A DNA stretch of 64,000 bases, taken from NCBI GenBank assembly GCA_963720265.1, contig CAVRET010000001.1, positions 69,916-133,915 of the forward strand. Direction: 5' to 3'. The translations under genes were made by a program, and so were the position numbers. Of this stretch, positions 9,834 to 19,013 are shown in pieces (position 1 is the stretch's first letter; every line of letters begins with the position of its first letter). Source of the stretch: an uncultured bacterium (GTDB lineage Bacteria; Patescibacteriota; Saccharimonadia; UBA4664). The notes under the pieces were generated by a model that did no database searches, was not told the DNA's origin, and saw only the letters and a list, made by a program, of their open reading frames with translations.

Positions 9834-9855
9834 ATCGACCAACGGAGGGATCACG

Positions 9856-11142
9856 ATGAAGCATACCGTCCATGAGCATACCTTGGCGGGCGGTGCGCGC
9901 GGGCTGGTGATTGATGTGCCCGGCAGCGCCGTGGTGAGTTTGCAGGTCCGGTTTAACTCGGGGTATCAGTTTGCACCCCATAGCGCGTATGAGATTCCGC
10001 ACGTCATGGAGCATCTTTTAGCAACGGTATCAAAGGGCCATCCGGAGCCAAATGCATTTCATATCGCGGCTACCAAGAACGGTGCTTATGTAAACGCCCA
10101 CACGACCTCGGTGCGGAACGGTTATGATTATGAGTTTGCGGTGTTTGAACAGGATCGGATGCTTGATTTGCTTGCGGAGCAACTGACGGCGCCGCTGATT
10201 GCCGAGGCGCCGCTGATTGCCGAAGCCAGTAACGTGCGTGAGGAGCTATCGGGTAACATTACCCAGCATGGTTCGGTATGCGGCGTGCAGCTGGGGGCGG
10301 CGGCATTTCCGGAGCTAGTGCTGGGGTATGAGGAGCGTATCGCGCAGTTGCCAAGCCTCACTACTGAGCAAGCTCAGGCACATTACGAGCGGACGCATAC
10401 GGCTGCCAATGCTCGGTTTGTGGTAGCGGGGCCGTTTGCTGATAGGGGAGTGCAGATCGCCGAGCGGCTGGGCCGAATATTCGCCCAGCTGTCGGCGGGC
10501 GAACGCTTGGAGCCGAGCAAAGCCATAGGGAAAAATTTGCGGCGGCCGGTAGTAACTGAGCGTGAGATTGCGCAAATTTTCTATCAGGTGCTGATGTATT
10601 TCGGCGAACTCGACGAGGCTGAACGGCGAGCTTTGTGGATGCTCAGAGTGATAGAGACCGGTGGCATGGGATCGCGTATTTATGGCGCGGCTAGGCGCCA
10701 AGGCTGGGCCTATCACGTGGCCGGGCTGGCTCAGGCGGAACCTGGTAAGAGTACGTTTGGACTAGCCGGATATGTGACGCCCGAGCATGCGCGGCCATTG
10801 TTTGAATTGTTCGCGGGTGAGCTGGCTGCCATTCGGACCGACATGGTAGGGGAGCCGGAACTCGCGGCGGCCAAGGATCTGATCGTGGGCACGGTTCAGC
10901 GTTCAATCCAGACACCTGGTGATCTGTTGGGCTGGTACATTGACCGATACGATGAGACGGGTGAAGTTGTGAGTTTGGACGAAACGCTTGAGCTGCTGAG
11001 AGGGGTGCAGCCGAAGGAAGTACAGGCAGTGGCGCGCAAAGCGGCGGCGGCACGGCGGGCCGGCATTAGTTTGGTTGGGCCGGTGAGTGCGGAGCGAGCG
11101 GGGGAGTATGCCGATGTTCTAGCGCCAATATGGCAAAAGTAG
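9856..11142 (+). CDS. M16 (insulinase/pitrilysin) family Zn peptidase
   Basis: Inverted zincin motif HVMEH, GAYVNAHT, GGMGSRIY..AR..GWAY; GGAGG SD before ATG 9856. Confidence 0.88.
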   Translation: MKHTVHEHTLAGGARGLVIDVPGSAVVSLQVRFNSGYQFAPHSAYEIPHVMEHLLATVSKGHPEPNAFHIAATKNGAYVNAHTTSVRNGYDYEFAVFEQDRMLDLLAEQLTAPLIAEAPLIAEASNVREELSGNITQHGSVCGVQLGAAAFPELVLGYEERIAQLPSLTTEQAQAHYERTHTAANARFVVAGPFADRGVQIAERLGRIFAQLSAGERLEPSKAIGKNLRRPVVTEREIAQIFYQVLMYFGELDEAERRALWMLRVIETGGMGSRIYGAARRQGWAYHVAGLAQAEPGKSTFGLAGYVTPEHARPLFELFAGELAAIRTDMVGEPELAAAKDLIVGTVQRSIQTPGDLLGWYIDRYDETGEVVSLDETLELLRGVQPKEVQAVARKAAAARRAGISLVGPVSAERAGEYADVLAPIWQK

Positions 11143-11171
11143 TTGACATAGCAATTCTTTTGTGTTAATAT
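11143..11171 (+). promoter_or_regulatory. Sigma70-type promoter
   Basis: TTGACA-17 nt-TAATAT with TG extension. Confidence 0.7.
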
Positions 11172-11190
11172 CCTGAACTATCAGTGGTAA

Positions 11191-11262
11191 ATGAACTCGT
11201 CAGGGTTCCGCCGGTTGACATATGCCGCCCATGTGTCGCCGGTGGAACCCTGATTAGTTTAT
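11191..11262 (+). other. Long 5'-leader hairpin (about 30 bp with G-U pairs)
   Basis: TCAGGGTTCCGCCGGTTGACATATG pairs with CATGTGTCGCCGGTGGAACCCTGA; extends to ATGAACT/AGTTTAT. Confidence 0.6.
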
Positions 11263-11363
11263 GATCACACGGCTATGCTTGCATAGTTCGCATGATAATT
11301 TCATACTGCCAATAAGGTGTGGCATTTTGCATAAGCATTATGCATGAAGAGGAGAACTCGACC

Positions 11364-12500
11364 ATGAATATTATGAATCGTTTGCGTCGTTTGACGAATG
11401 GCCAGCTTAAAGCTGCGGCTGCCGTTATGGTGGCGTTGGCTATTATTGTGCCAACCTTGTCAGTGGCGGCCAGTACCGACAATGCCAACAACATTTTGTG
11501 GAACGGCTGCGGTTCACTGAGCTCCTGCCAGTACGATATGGAACACGGTGACGGCCACAATAGCGCATCGAACATTACTGCGATCTACAACTACTTTGGT
11601 ATCAATTCGAGCAACATTACGTCGATGGTGCCAGTAAATGTGTATAGCAATGGTAATGTGACCATCAGCGAGAACGACGGTACGTGGAAGAGCGGTAACA
11701 CGATCGCGACCGGCGCTGAGAGCGTTGGCCGCCAAGATATCGATGGTAGCTCTTCGCACTATATTTCTGGCATTGGTGTGTGGGAGCGGTCAACAAGCGT
11801 GTCGTTTGTCTCTAGCCCCTTAAGCGGTTGGGCTCTGATGCAAAACGGCCAGTTTAAGGCGTTCATCTTGAGCTCGTGTGGTAATGCCGGCACAGCTAGC
11901 CCTAAGACGCCCCCGGCCGCACCTGCAAAGCAGCCACAACCGCAGCAACCTCAGCCTCAACAGAACTGTGGTTGTGAGCAGCCTCAGCAACCTGTTCAGC
12001 CGGAGCAACCGGCTCAGCCCGAAGGTTTTGTGACCTGTGTGGCACTGACTCCGTCAAACAATGGTAATGACACCTACAATTTCATGATCCAGTCTCAGGT
12101 GTCGGGTAACGCCGAGATCACCGGCTACCAGTTTACGACGATCGAGAACGGTGGCCAGCCAATGCAATGGTCGCCGCAAAGTTCGCCGACGTTAACAAAC
12201 CAATCCGTGCCTTCGGGTACCAGCCTGACGGTGGAGGGCCAAGTGCTCTCGAGCGCCGGTGATACCAATATCACAAACACCTGTAGCGCAACGGTTAGCA
12301 CGCCGGCTGAAGAGACGGCTGTGGTTACACCTGCTACTCCGACCCCGACCCCCGCTCCGGCTCCGGCCCCGCTGCCGCAGACCGGACCGGAAAGCGCCCT
12401 CGGTGGTGCTGCCGGGCTTACTGGCATTGGCGTGGCCGGCCGAGCCTACCTGCGCTCGCGCAAGTCGTTGCTCGCATCACTGCGCAACATAAAGCGCTAA
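11364..12500 (+). CDS. Secreted surface protein with PQ/PT-rich linkers and C-terminal LPQTG motif
   Basis: Signal peptide (RLRR, hydrophobic core, VAA), LPQTG followed by a hydrophobic stretch and basic tail; GAGGAG SD. Confidence 0.8.
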   Translation: MNIMNRLRRLTNGQLKAAAAVMVALAIIVPTLSVAASTDNANNILWNGCGSLSSCQYDMEHGDGHNSASNITAIYNYFGINSSNITSMVPVNVYSNGNVTISENDGTWKSGNTIATGAESVGRQDIDGSSSHYISGIGVWERSTSVSFVSSPLSGWALMQNGQFKAFILSSCGNAGTASPKTPPAAPAKQPQPQQPQPQQNCGCEQPQQPVQPEQPAQPEGFVTCVALTPSNNGNDTYNFMIQSQVSGNAEITGYQFTTIENGGQPMQWSPQSSPTLTNQSVPSGTSLTVEGQVLSSAGDTNITNTCSATVSTPAEETAVVTPATPTPTPAPAPAPLPQTGPESALGGAAGLTGIGVAGRAYLRSRKSLLASLRNIKR

Positions 12501-12559
12501 GCCCTGCCACGGGGCCTCGGCCCCGTAACGTGTAATTGGCGCTGAGTCGCCAGACTCGC

Positions 12560-12595
12560 ATACAAACAGCCCCTGCTAGCAGGGGCTGTTTGTAT
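12560..12595. terminator. Perfect 36-bp palindrome, likely intrinsic terminator
   Basis: ATACAAACAGCCCCTGCTAGCAGGGGCTGTTTGTAT is its own reverse complement. Confidence 0.75.
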
Positions 12596-12699
12596 TTCGG
12601 ATATCGAGGTTGTGGAAAACTAATGGGGCTCTGGCATCAACGAGCCCTGGGCGATGATCATATGCGAGAGGGTTGTCCTGAATGGGTGTGGTTTTTGTC

Positions 12700-12770
12700 T
12701 GTGGATAACTTTGTGGTAGACAGTGGGTAAACGTGGGTACTATACTGGCTTCAGTGGGTTGCAGTGGGTA
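12700..12770 (+). promoter_or_regulatory. mraZ promoter with MraZ operator repeats and a DnaA box
   Basis: GTGG(G/T) at 12713, 12723, 12733, 12754 and 12764 (10-bp period) flanking TATACT at 12741; TGTGGATAA at 12700-12708 is the reverse of TTATCCACA. Confidence 0.75.
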
Positions 12771-12801
12771 GCACTTCACCACCGTAGAGATTACACAATA
12801 C

Positions 12802-13158
12802 ATGGACTTCTTCGAACGAAAACTTGACGACAAGAACCGGCTGACAATTCCGGCCGAACTCCGTCACGAATTCGAAGGAGGCCGAGTAATCATTACACGG
12901 GGATTTGGCAAGTACCTGCATCTGTACACTGAAAAAGTTTGGAACGAAGACATGGAACCGGCGCTCAAAGGAGATATTCTCGATGAGCGAACCGCTGACC
13001 TCAACGTTCAATTTCGTATGGGTAAATCGGCCGGAGCCATGGATGCCAAGCAGGGCCGGATTACCATAGAGCAGCACCTTCTGGATCACGCGAGCATTAA
13101 AAAGGAGGTGGCGGCGGTGCGGGCCGGCAAATATTGGCGCCTGTCTGCAAGCGAATAA
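12802..13158 (+). CDS. mraZ: Transcriptional regulator MraZ
   Basis: LDDKNRLTIP and MDAKQGRITI AbrB-like repeats; head of dcw cluster. Confidence 0.92.
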   Translation: MDFFERKLDDKNRLTIPAELRHEFEGGRVIITRGFGKYLHLYTEKVWNEDMEPALKGDILDERTADLNVQFRMGKSAGAMDAKQGRITIEQHLLDHASIKKEVAAVRAGKYWRLSASE

Positions 13159-13182
13159 TTTCGATTTTCCTTAAGAAACGAT

Positions 13183-13425
13183 CTTTAAAAACCAAAACAA
13201 ACATTTTAAAGGCAGCTATTTGGCAGTCAGCAAACGGCTCATAGGCTCTCCGTTTAACAGAGCCTCGAACCTAAATCTCGTAAACTCCACCTCACAACAC
13301 ACTCTTTAAGGAATTATTCGTTTTCAACGATGATTCCTTACCACACAACACTCCAATGGTTCGCACGCTCGTGCGAACAAACACAAAAACGTCTAAAATC
13401 AAAAAGCTGGCTGCTGAATAGGTGA
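13183..13425 (+). ncRNA. Candidate structured cis-regulatory RNA in the mraZ-rsmH spacer
   Basis: 16-bp long-range stem 13216-13231/13406-13421 enclosing three hairpins and repeated CACAACAC linkers. Confidence 0.5.
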
Positions 13426-13432
13426 CTTGAAA

Positions 13433-14359
13433 ATGAAAACTCCACATACTCCAGTATTAATAGATCAGGTTGTGAGGGTGCTGGCGCCCCGAGCAGGGGA
13501 GTCGTATCTCGATGGTACGGCCGGCTATGGTGGGCATGCGGAAACGATTGTCCGCCTGATTGGGCCGGATAGCAGAGTAATATTGGTAGACCGTGATGCC
13601 GAAGCGATTCACGCGCTGGCAAAGCGGTTTAGTGAGACGGCGGAGATCATCCACGCGGACTATCTGGATGCAGCCAAGCGGCTGCTTGAGGACGGCTCGC
13701 TAGTGGATATGATCTTGCTGGATTTGGGAGTTTCGTCACCACAGTTTGACAACCGAGAGCGGGGATTTAGTTTTTCCGGGGACGGGCCGCTTGATATGCG
13801 CATGGATCAGACGCAGCGTTTGACCGCGGCCGATGTGGTTAACACTCGGCCTACGCGCGAGCTGGAGCGGATCATTCGCGAGTATGGCGAAGAGCCGCGG
13901 GCTCGGGCAGTGGCGCGGGCGATTGTGGCCGAGCGGCCATTTGCGACCACGGGGCAGCTTGCGGGCGTTGTACGTAAGGCTGCGGCCAGCACGACCGGCA
14001 TCGATGCAGCTACGCGTACATTTCAAGGCCTACGGATAGAAGTTAACGCTGAGCTGGAACTTCTACAATCTGCGCTGCCGGTGCTAACAAAATTATTAGC
14101 ACCAGGCGGGAGGTTTGCGGTCATCAGCTTCCATTCGCTGGAAGATAGGATCGTGAAGCAGTACTTCGACCGTGAATCGCGCGATTGTGTATGTCCACCG
14201 AAACAACCGGTATGCACTTGCGATCATGTGGCAAGTGTGCGTAAACTAACCATAAGGCCGATTACCGCTTCGGCTTCTGAGATTGATTCCAACCCGCGCG
14301 CCAGGAGTGCAAAGCTCAGGGCCGCCGAAAAGATAAACAAAAACAAAAGGAGGGACTAA
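13433..14359 (+). CDS. rsmH: 16S rRNA m4C1402 methyltransferase RsmH
   Basis: HTPVL, DGTAGYGGH, DLGVSSPQFD..RGFSF..GPLDMRMD, ISFHSLEDRIVK, NPRARSAKLR. Confidence 0.97.
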   Translation: MKTPHTPVLIDQVVRVLAPRAGESYLDGTAGYGGHAETIVRLIGPDSRVILVDRDAEAIHALAKRFSETAEIIHADYLDAAKRLLEDGSLVDMILLDLGVSSPQFDNRERGFSFSGDGPLDMRMDQTQRLTAADVVNTRPTRELERIIREYGEEPRARAVARAIVAERPFATTGQLAGVVRKAAASTTGIDAATRTFQGLRIEVNAELELLQSALPVLTKLLAPGGRFAVISFHSLEDRIVKQYFDRESRDCVCPPKQPVCTCDHVASVRKLTIRPITASASEIDSNPRARSAKLRAAEKINKNKRRD

Positions 14360-14434
14360 ATGACAGTCTCGATCAAGAACGAGTCGCCACGTCGCAAACG
14401 CGTGACGATTCGTGTTGCCGCCGACAAGAAATAA
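14360..14434 (+). CDS. Small ORF, 24 aa (MTVSIKNESPRRKRVTIRVAADKK)
   Basis: ATG directly abuts the rsmH TAA and has an AGGAGG SD 6 nt upstream; followed by a hairpin. Confidence 0.55.
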   Translation: MTVSIKNESPRRKRVTIRVAADKK

Positions 14435-14550
14435 CCGGCTGACCGGGACCGGTTCGCGGATTTGGGACGCGAGCCGGTCCACCAAAAAATCTTCAAAAAA
14501 GTCTGACAAAATAATAAAACCAAAAAACAAAACAGGAGAGATATTGCGCC

Positions 14551-14871
14551 ATGACGACAGCAACCCTGACGGCGCGCCGTAACCAAAATTTGTATCGTCA
14601 GCCCACGACGCTCACGATGGGTTCGAATTCGGCCACCTTTGTGGTGATCGCCATCATTAGTGTTTTGGCGCTGCTGTACTTAAACCAAATCACGAAGACT
14701 GGTGCGATTGGCTATCAGGTGACGGATTTGACGGCCCAGCGTGACCAGCTCGTGAGTGATGAACAGACCTTAAATGTGGAGGCGGCGCGCCTGGAGTCGA
14801 TTCAGACGATCCAAAATTCGAAAACGGTAGCCGGTATGGTACCGACGACCCAAGTAACGTACGCCAAATAA
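14551..14871 (+). CDS. ftsL: FtsL-like cell division protein
   Basis: Short cytoplasmic N-terminus, single TM, coiled coil; located between rsmH and ftsI. Confidence 0.7.
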   Translation: MTTATLTARRNQNLYRQPTTLTMGSNSATFVVIAIISVLALLYLNQITKTGAIGYQVTDLTAQRDQLVSDEQTLNVEAARLESIQTIQNSKTVAGMVPTTQVTYAK

Positions 14872-14877
14872 ATAGCT

Positions 14878-16659
14878 GTGATTTCCGCCAGCGATACCTT
14901 AGAGCAACGGCGACGTTTGCGTTTTCTGACGGGCGCGTTATTCGTGTCCGGAGCTTTATTGGTCTTTCGTCTCGGTTATATCCAGATAGGGCAGCATGCC
15001 AGGTATTTGGCTGATGCGACCAGTGAGCAGACCCGGAAGTTTGAGATTCCAGCGGCCCGCGGGCAATTATTTGTGCAGGACGGTGACGGTACGACATCGC
15101 CGATTGCCATGGACCAGACGTTGGATATTGTGTACGCTGACCCGCGCTATGTGATGGACAAAGCCACAACAGCGAGTAGGCTGGCAGCAGCGATCGGCGG
15201 CTCGGCTAGCCAGTATGAAACTGAACTCAATAACGGGATCGACTACGTCGAACTGGCGACCCGCGTGCCACTGACAACCGGCGCCCAAATCGAGCACTTG
15301 GGACTGCCTGGCATTGGGCTGACGCAGCAGAGCTATCGGATTTATCCGGAAGGATCACTGGCGGCGCAGGTGCTGGGGTTCGTGAATACTAACGGCGTTG
15401 GCCAATACGGTTTGGAACAATATCTGAATAAGCAACTGTCGGGTACTCCGGGACGGCTAGCTGCTAAGACTGACACGTACGGCATTCCGATTGCCACGGC
15501 TGATAATGTTGAGCAGCCGGCGGTGAACGGCACGAGTTATGTGCTCACCATTGACCGCAATATTCAGGCTGAAGCAGAAAAGGAGATTGCGGCCCAGGTG
15601 CAAAAAGTGCATGCCAAGTCCGGTAGCATTGTGATTACGAACCCGAATAATGGTGATGTGCTGGCGATGGCGACATACCCGACGTTCGATCCCAATAATT
15701 ACGGCCAGGTGTCGGATTACGACGTGTTTTTGGACCAGCCGGCAGCTGAAGCATTTGAGCCGGGCTCGGGAATGAAGGTGTTCACCATGGCGGCGGGGCT
15801 GGACCAGGGCAAGGTTACGCCTAATACCACCTACAATGACCCAGGCTGTTATACGGTTGACTCGCGGCAGATCTGCAACGCGGCCGGGGATAAAGCAGGT
15901 CCGAATAAGACGATGACTGTGGTGCTGCGTGACTCGCTCAACACAGGTGCGATGTTCGTGCTTAGGATGCTGTCTGGGAATCCCAATGGTTTTACACTGG
16001 CCGGCAAGCAATTATTGTACAGTTACCTCACCAAGCACTTCGGCTTTGGCACAGCGACCGGGGTGGCGCAGTCGGATGAAGCGGCCGGGTTTGTACCCAA
16101 GGCCAGCAATGTCGCCGGCAACAATTCGACGTACGCTACTATGACCTTTGGCCAGGGTATGACTGTAACCATGCTGCAAATGGTGGATGCGATTGGTGCG
16201 GTTGCCAACGGCGGCACGCTATACGCGCCACAGCTGATCGCTCAGCAACTCAACCCCGACGGCTCGACGCAAAACGTTCAGCCCAAGGTGTTGGGGCGGC
16301 ATATAATGAGCCCTAGTGCGATTTCGCAGCTCAATCAGATGCTCCAAGTGGTGGTGCAACATGGCTCCGGATATCTGGCAGCGGACGAAAACCCCGGGTA
16401 CGCGATCGCCGGCAAGACCGGTACTGCCCAGGTCTCAAACCCAAACGGCACCGGCTATCTTACGGGCGTGAATATCGGCTCGTTTTTGGGCTATGCACCG
16501 GCTTCTGATCCAAAGTTTGCGATGATGGTGCGTATTAATGACCCGAGTGTGCAGTGCGATACGGCTGAGTGCGGATATGCGGAGTACACGACCGTGCCGG
16601 TGTTTGGCGACATGTGCAAATGGCTGTTCAAGTATTATGGGATTCCACCGACGTCATGA
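14878..16659 (+). CDS. ftsI: Class B PBP (FtsI/PBP3-like)
   Basis: N-terminal TM, RIYPEG, GLEQYLN, EPGSGMK (SxxK), SLN (SxN), KTGTAQ. Confidence 0.9.
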   Translation: MISASDTLEQRRRLRFLTGALFVSGALLVFRLGYIQIGQHARYLADATSEQTRKFEIPAARGQLFVQDGDGTTSPIAMDQTLDIVYADPRYVMDKATTASRLAAAIGGSASQYETELNNGIDYVELATRVPLTTGAQIEHLGLPGIGLTQQSYRIYPEGSLAAQVLGFVNTNGVGQYGLEQYLNKQLSGTPGRLAAKTDTYGIPIATADNVEQPAVNGTSYVLTIDRNIQAEAEKEIAAQVQKVHAKSGSIVITNPNNGDVLAMATYPTFDPNNYGQVSDYDVFLDQPAAEAFEPGSGMKVFTMAAGLDQGKVTPNTTYNDPGCYTVDSRQICNAAGDKAGPNKTMTVVLRDSLNTGAMFVLRMLSGNPNGFTLAGKQLLYSYLTKHFGFGTATGVAQSDEAAGFVPKASNVAGNNSTYATMTFGQGMTVTMLQMVDAIGAVANGGTLYAPQLIAQQLNPDGSTQNVQPKVLGRHIMSPSAISQLNQMLQVVVQHGSGYLAADENPGYAIAGKTGTAQVSNPNGTGYLTGVNIGSFLGYAPASDPKFAMMVRINDPSVQCDTAECGYAEYTTVPVFGDMCKWLFKYYGIPPTS

Positions 16660-16704
16660 TGGGGGTAACGCCCAGATATGATAAAATAACCGGCAAAAGC
16701 ACTT

Positions 16705-17754
16705 ATGGCACTCTTACCAACCATCCATTTCATTCACGCTAAGGAAATCACGTCGCTGTCGCGAATCGCGACCCTGGCCTTTGGCAGCTTCGTATTGTCG
16801 ATGGTACTCGTGCCGCTGTATACGAAGTACGCGTTTAAGTACAAGCTGTGGAAACAACCTCGCGAGACTGCGGTGACCGGTGAGCAAGCGCCGATTTACC
16901 ATCAGCTCCACGCGGCCAAGCACAAGCGCAATATCCCGACCATGGGCGGAGTGGTAATGATAGTGACCGTAGCCGTCATAACGCTCTTGTTTAACTGGTC
17001 GCGCAATCAGACCTATTTGCCGCTGGCGATTTTGCTCGCGGCCGGGGCCGTAGGGTTGTTTGACGACTATCTCAATATCAACTCGCACGGCAGCGGTATG
17101 GCCGGCATGCGGGCGAAGCTCAAGTTTAGCCTGATACTCGGCATTGCAGTGCTTGGTGCGCTCTATTTTTCACTCAAACTCGGATACAGCATGATCCATG
17201 TGCCGGCAGTCGGGGACTTTAATATCGGATGGCTGTACATTCCGCTGTTTATCCTGGTGGTGGTGTCGACGGCCAATGCGGTTAACATTACTGATGGGTT
17301 GGACGGTTTGGCCGGTGGCTTGCTTACAACTGCGTTCGCGGTTTATGCAGCGATTGCGTATTTCCAGCACAACTTTGGCATTGCGGCGTTTTGTGCGGTG
17401 ATAGTAGGTTCGATGCTAACGTACACGTGGTTTAGCATTTATCCAATCCGGTTTTTTATGGGGGATACGGGCGCGTTTGCGTTTGGCACCACGCTGGGCG
17501 TGATAGCAATGCTCACGAATACGGTGTTTGTGCTGCCGATTATTGGGGCCGTGTTTGTGGTGGAAGCGGGCTCGAGTGCGTTGCAGATAGCATCGAAGAA
17601 ATTGTTTAAGCGCAAAATTTTCTTGAGCGCGCCGCTGCACCACCACCTGGAGGCGATTGGCTGGCCGGAACCCAAGGTGACGATGCGCCTGTGGGTGATT
17701 GGGCAAGTTGTCGGTGCGGTTGGGCTGGTGCTTGCTTTGATTGGGAACAAGTAA
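16705..17754 (+). CDS. mraY: Phospho-N-acetylmuramoyl-pentapeptide transferase
   Basis: IPTMGG, GLFDD, NAVNITDGLDGL, FMGDTG, APLHHHLE. Confidence 0.97.
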   Translation: MALLPTIHFIHAKEITSLSRIATLAFGSFVLSMVLVPLYTKYAFKYKLWKQPRETAVTGEQAPIYHQLHAAKHKRNIPTMGGVVMIVTVAVITLLFNWSRNQTYLPLAILLAAGAVGLFDDYLNINSHGSGMAGMRAKLKFSLILGIAVLGALYFSLKLGYSMIHVPAVGDFNIGWLYIPLFILVVVSTANAVNITDGLDGLAGGLLTTAFAVYAAIAYFQHNFGIAAFCAVIVGSMLTYTWFSIYPIRFFMGDTGAFAFGTTLGVIAMLTNTVFVLPIIGAVFVVEAGSSALQIASKKLFKRKIFLSAPLHHHLEAIGWPEPKVTMRLWVIGQVVGAVGLVLALIGNK

Positions 17755-17774
17755 ACATGGCCAGAGGTGAGACC

Positions 17775-19013
17775 ATGAATCCGCGCGCTCAGGCCAACTT
17801 GCAACGGCCGCACCACCCCGATTATGGCATTGCGGTGATTGTGACTATTCTGCTCGCTATCGGGCTCGTTATTATGTACTCGATTAGCCCGATTTTGAGC
17901 CACAAACTGTCGGCCAAGACGCCTGCCAGCTACTATTTTGTAAACCAGCTGCGGTACGTGATCTTAGGAGTAGTCTTGTGGATTGCGGCAACAGCGGTTC
18001 CGTATGTGCGGTGGCGCGAGTGGGCGCCGAAATTATTGGGGGTGGCCGTTATTCTGGTGGTGGCGTTGGTGGTACCCGGTATTGCACGCAGCTCGAATGG
18101 TGCAACGCGCTGGTTGCAGATTGGGCCGCTGACGATCCAGCCGGCCGAGATCCTGAAAGTGGCGCTCATTTTGTATTTGGCGGCGTGGTTTGAAAAGCGG
18201 GGTCGCGATCTGCAAAGTTTGTCGGCCGGAGTGACGCCGTTTCTGATTATGGTGGGGGTGGCCCTGTTTGCCGTAGTGGTATTGCAAAAAGATTTTGGCA
18301 CGGCCGTGGTGATTGCAGTGGCCATGATTGCGATGTATTTCACGGCCGGGCTGCGCTGGAGCCATTTTGCCGGCATCGTGATTGTAGCCGTAGTGGCCGG
18401 CGTTTTGACCGTGCTTCCGTTTGCACACCGGATGCAGCGTATCAACACCTTTTTGCATCTATCGTGTGACAACCTAGCGCAGCTTGCGACCAGCCCCGAT
18501 TATCATACCTGTCAGGCGCTGATCGCGGCCGGCTCGGGCGGTTTGTTTGGTCTGGGTCTCGGGCACAGTATTCAGGTCTATGGGTACTTGCCGGAGGCGG
18601 CTAATGACTCGATCTTTGCCATCATTGCCGAGGAGTTTGGCCTGTTTGGGTCGCTCGTGATTGTGGCGCTGTTTGGCCTTTTAGTATGGCGCGGTTTGCA
18701 AGTCGCAAGGACGGCGCCGGATATGTTTAGCCGGCTGGTAGCGACCGGGATTAGTATTTGGATGCTAGTGCAGGCACTGATTAACATTGCCGCCATGATT
18801 TCGCTTATCCCGCTAACGGGTATCCCGCTACCGTTTATTTCGTATGGGGGTACCAGTTTGGTCGTATCATTGTTTGGGATGGGTATTCTGCTTAACATTT
18901 CAAAATACACAGTAAGTGAGGCGTACGATGCGAATAGTCGTCAGCGGAGGGGGGACAGCCGGTCATATCTCGCCGGTCCTGGCAACCTGCGACGCGTTAA
19001 AATCGCTCGATAG
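17775..19013 (+). CDS. ftsW: SEDS peptidoglycan polymerase FtsW
   Basis: NGATRWL..QPAEILK, KDFGT, GGLFGLG, LPEAANDSIFAIIAEEFG, TGIPLPFISYGG; alternative start 17757. Confidence 0.93.
   Translation: MNPRAQANLQRPHHPDYGIAVIVTILLAIGLVIMYSISPILSHKLSAKTPASYYFVNQLRYVILGVVLWIAATAVPYVRWREWAPKLLGVAVILVVALVVPGIARSSNGATRWLQIGPLTIQPAEILKVALILYLAAWFEKRGRDLQSLSAGVTPFLIMVGVALFAVVVLQKDFGTAVVIAVAMIAMYFTAGLRWSHFAGIVIVAVVAGVLTVLPFAHRMQRINTFLHLSCDNLAQLATSPDYHTCQALIAAGSGGLFGLGLGHSIQVYGYLPEAANDSIFAIIAEEFGLFGSLVIVALFGLLVWRGLQVARTAPDMFSRLVATGISIWMLVQALINIAAMISLIPLTGIPLPFISYGGTSLVVSLFGMGILLNISKYTVSEAYDANSRQRRGDSRSYLAGPGNLRRVKIAR

Noticed and set aside
12600-12720. Replication origin
   Set aside because: Only two DnaA-like boxes, no dnaA/dnaN nearby and no clear AT-rich unwinding element
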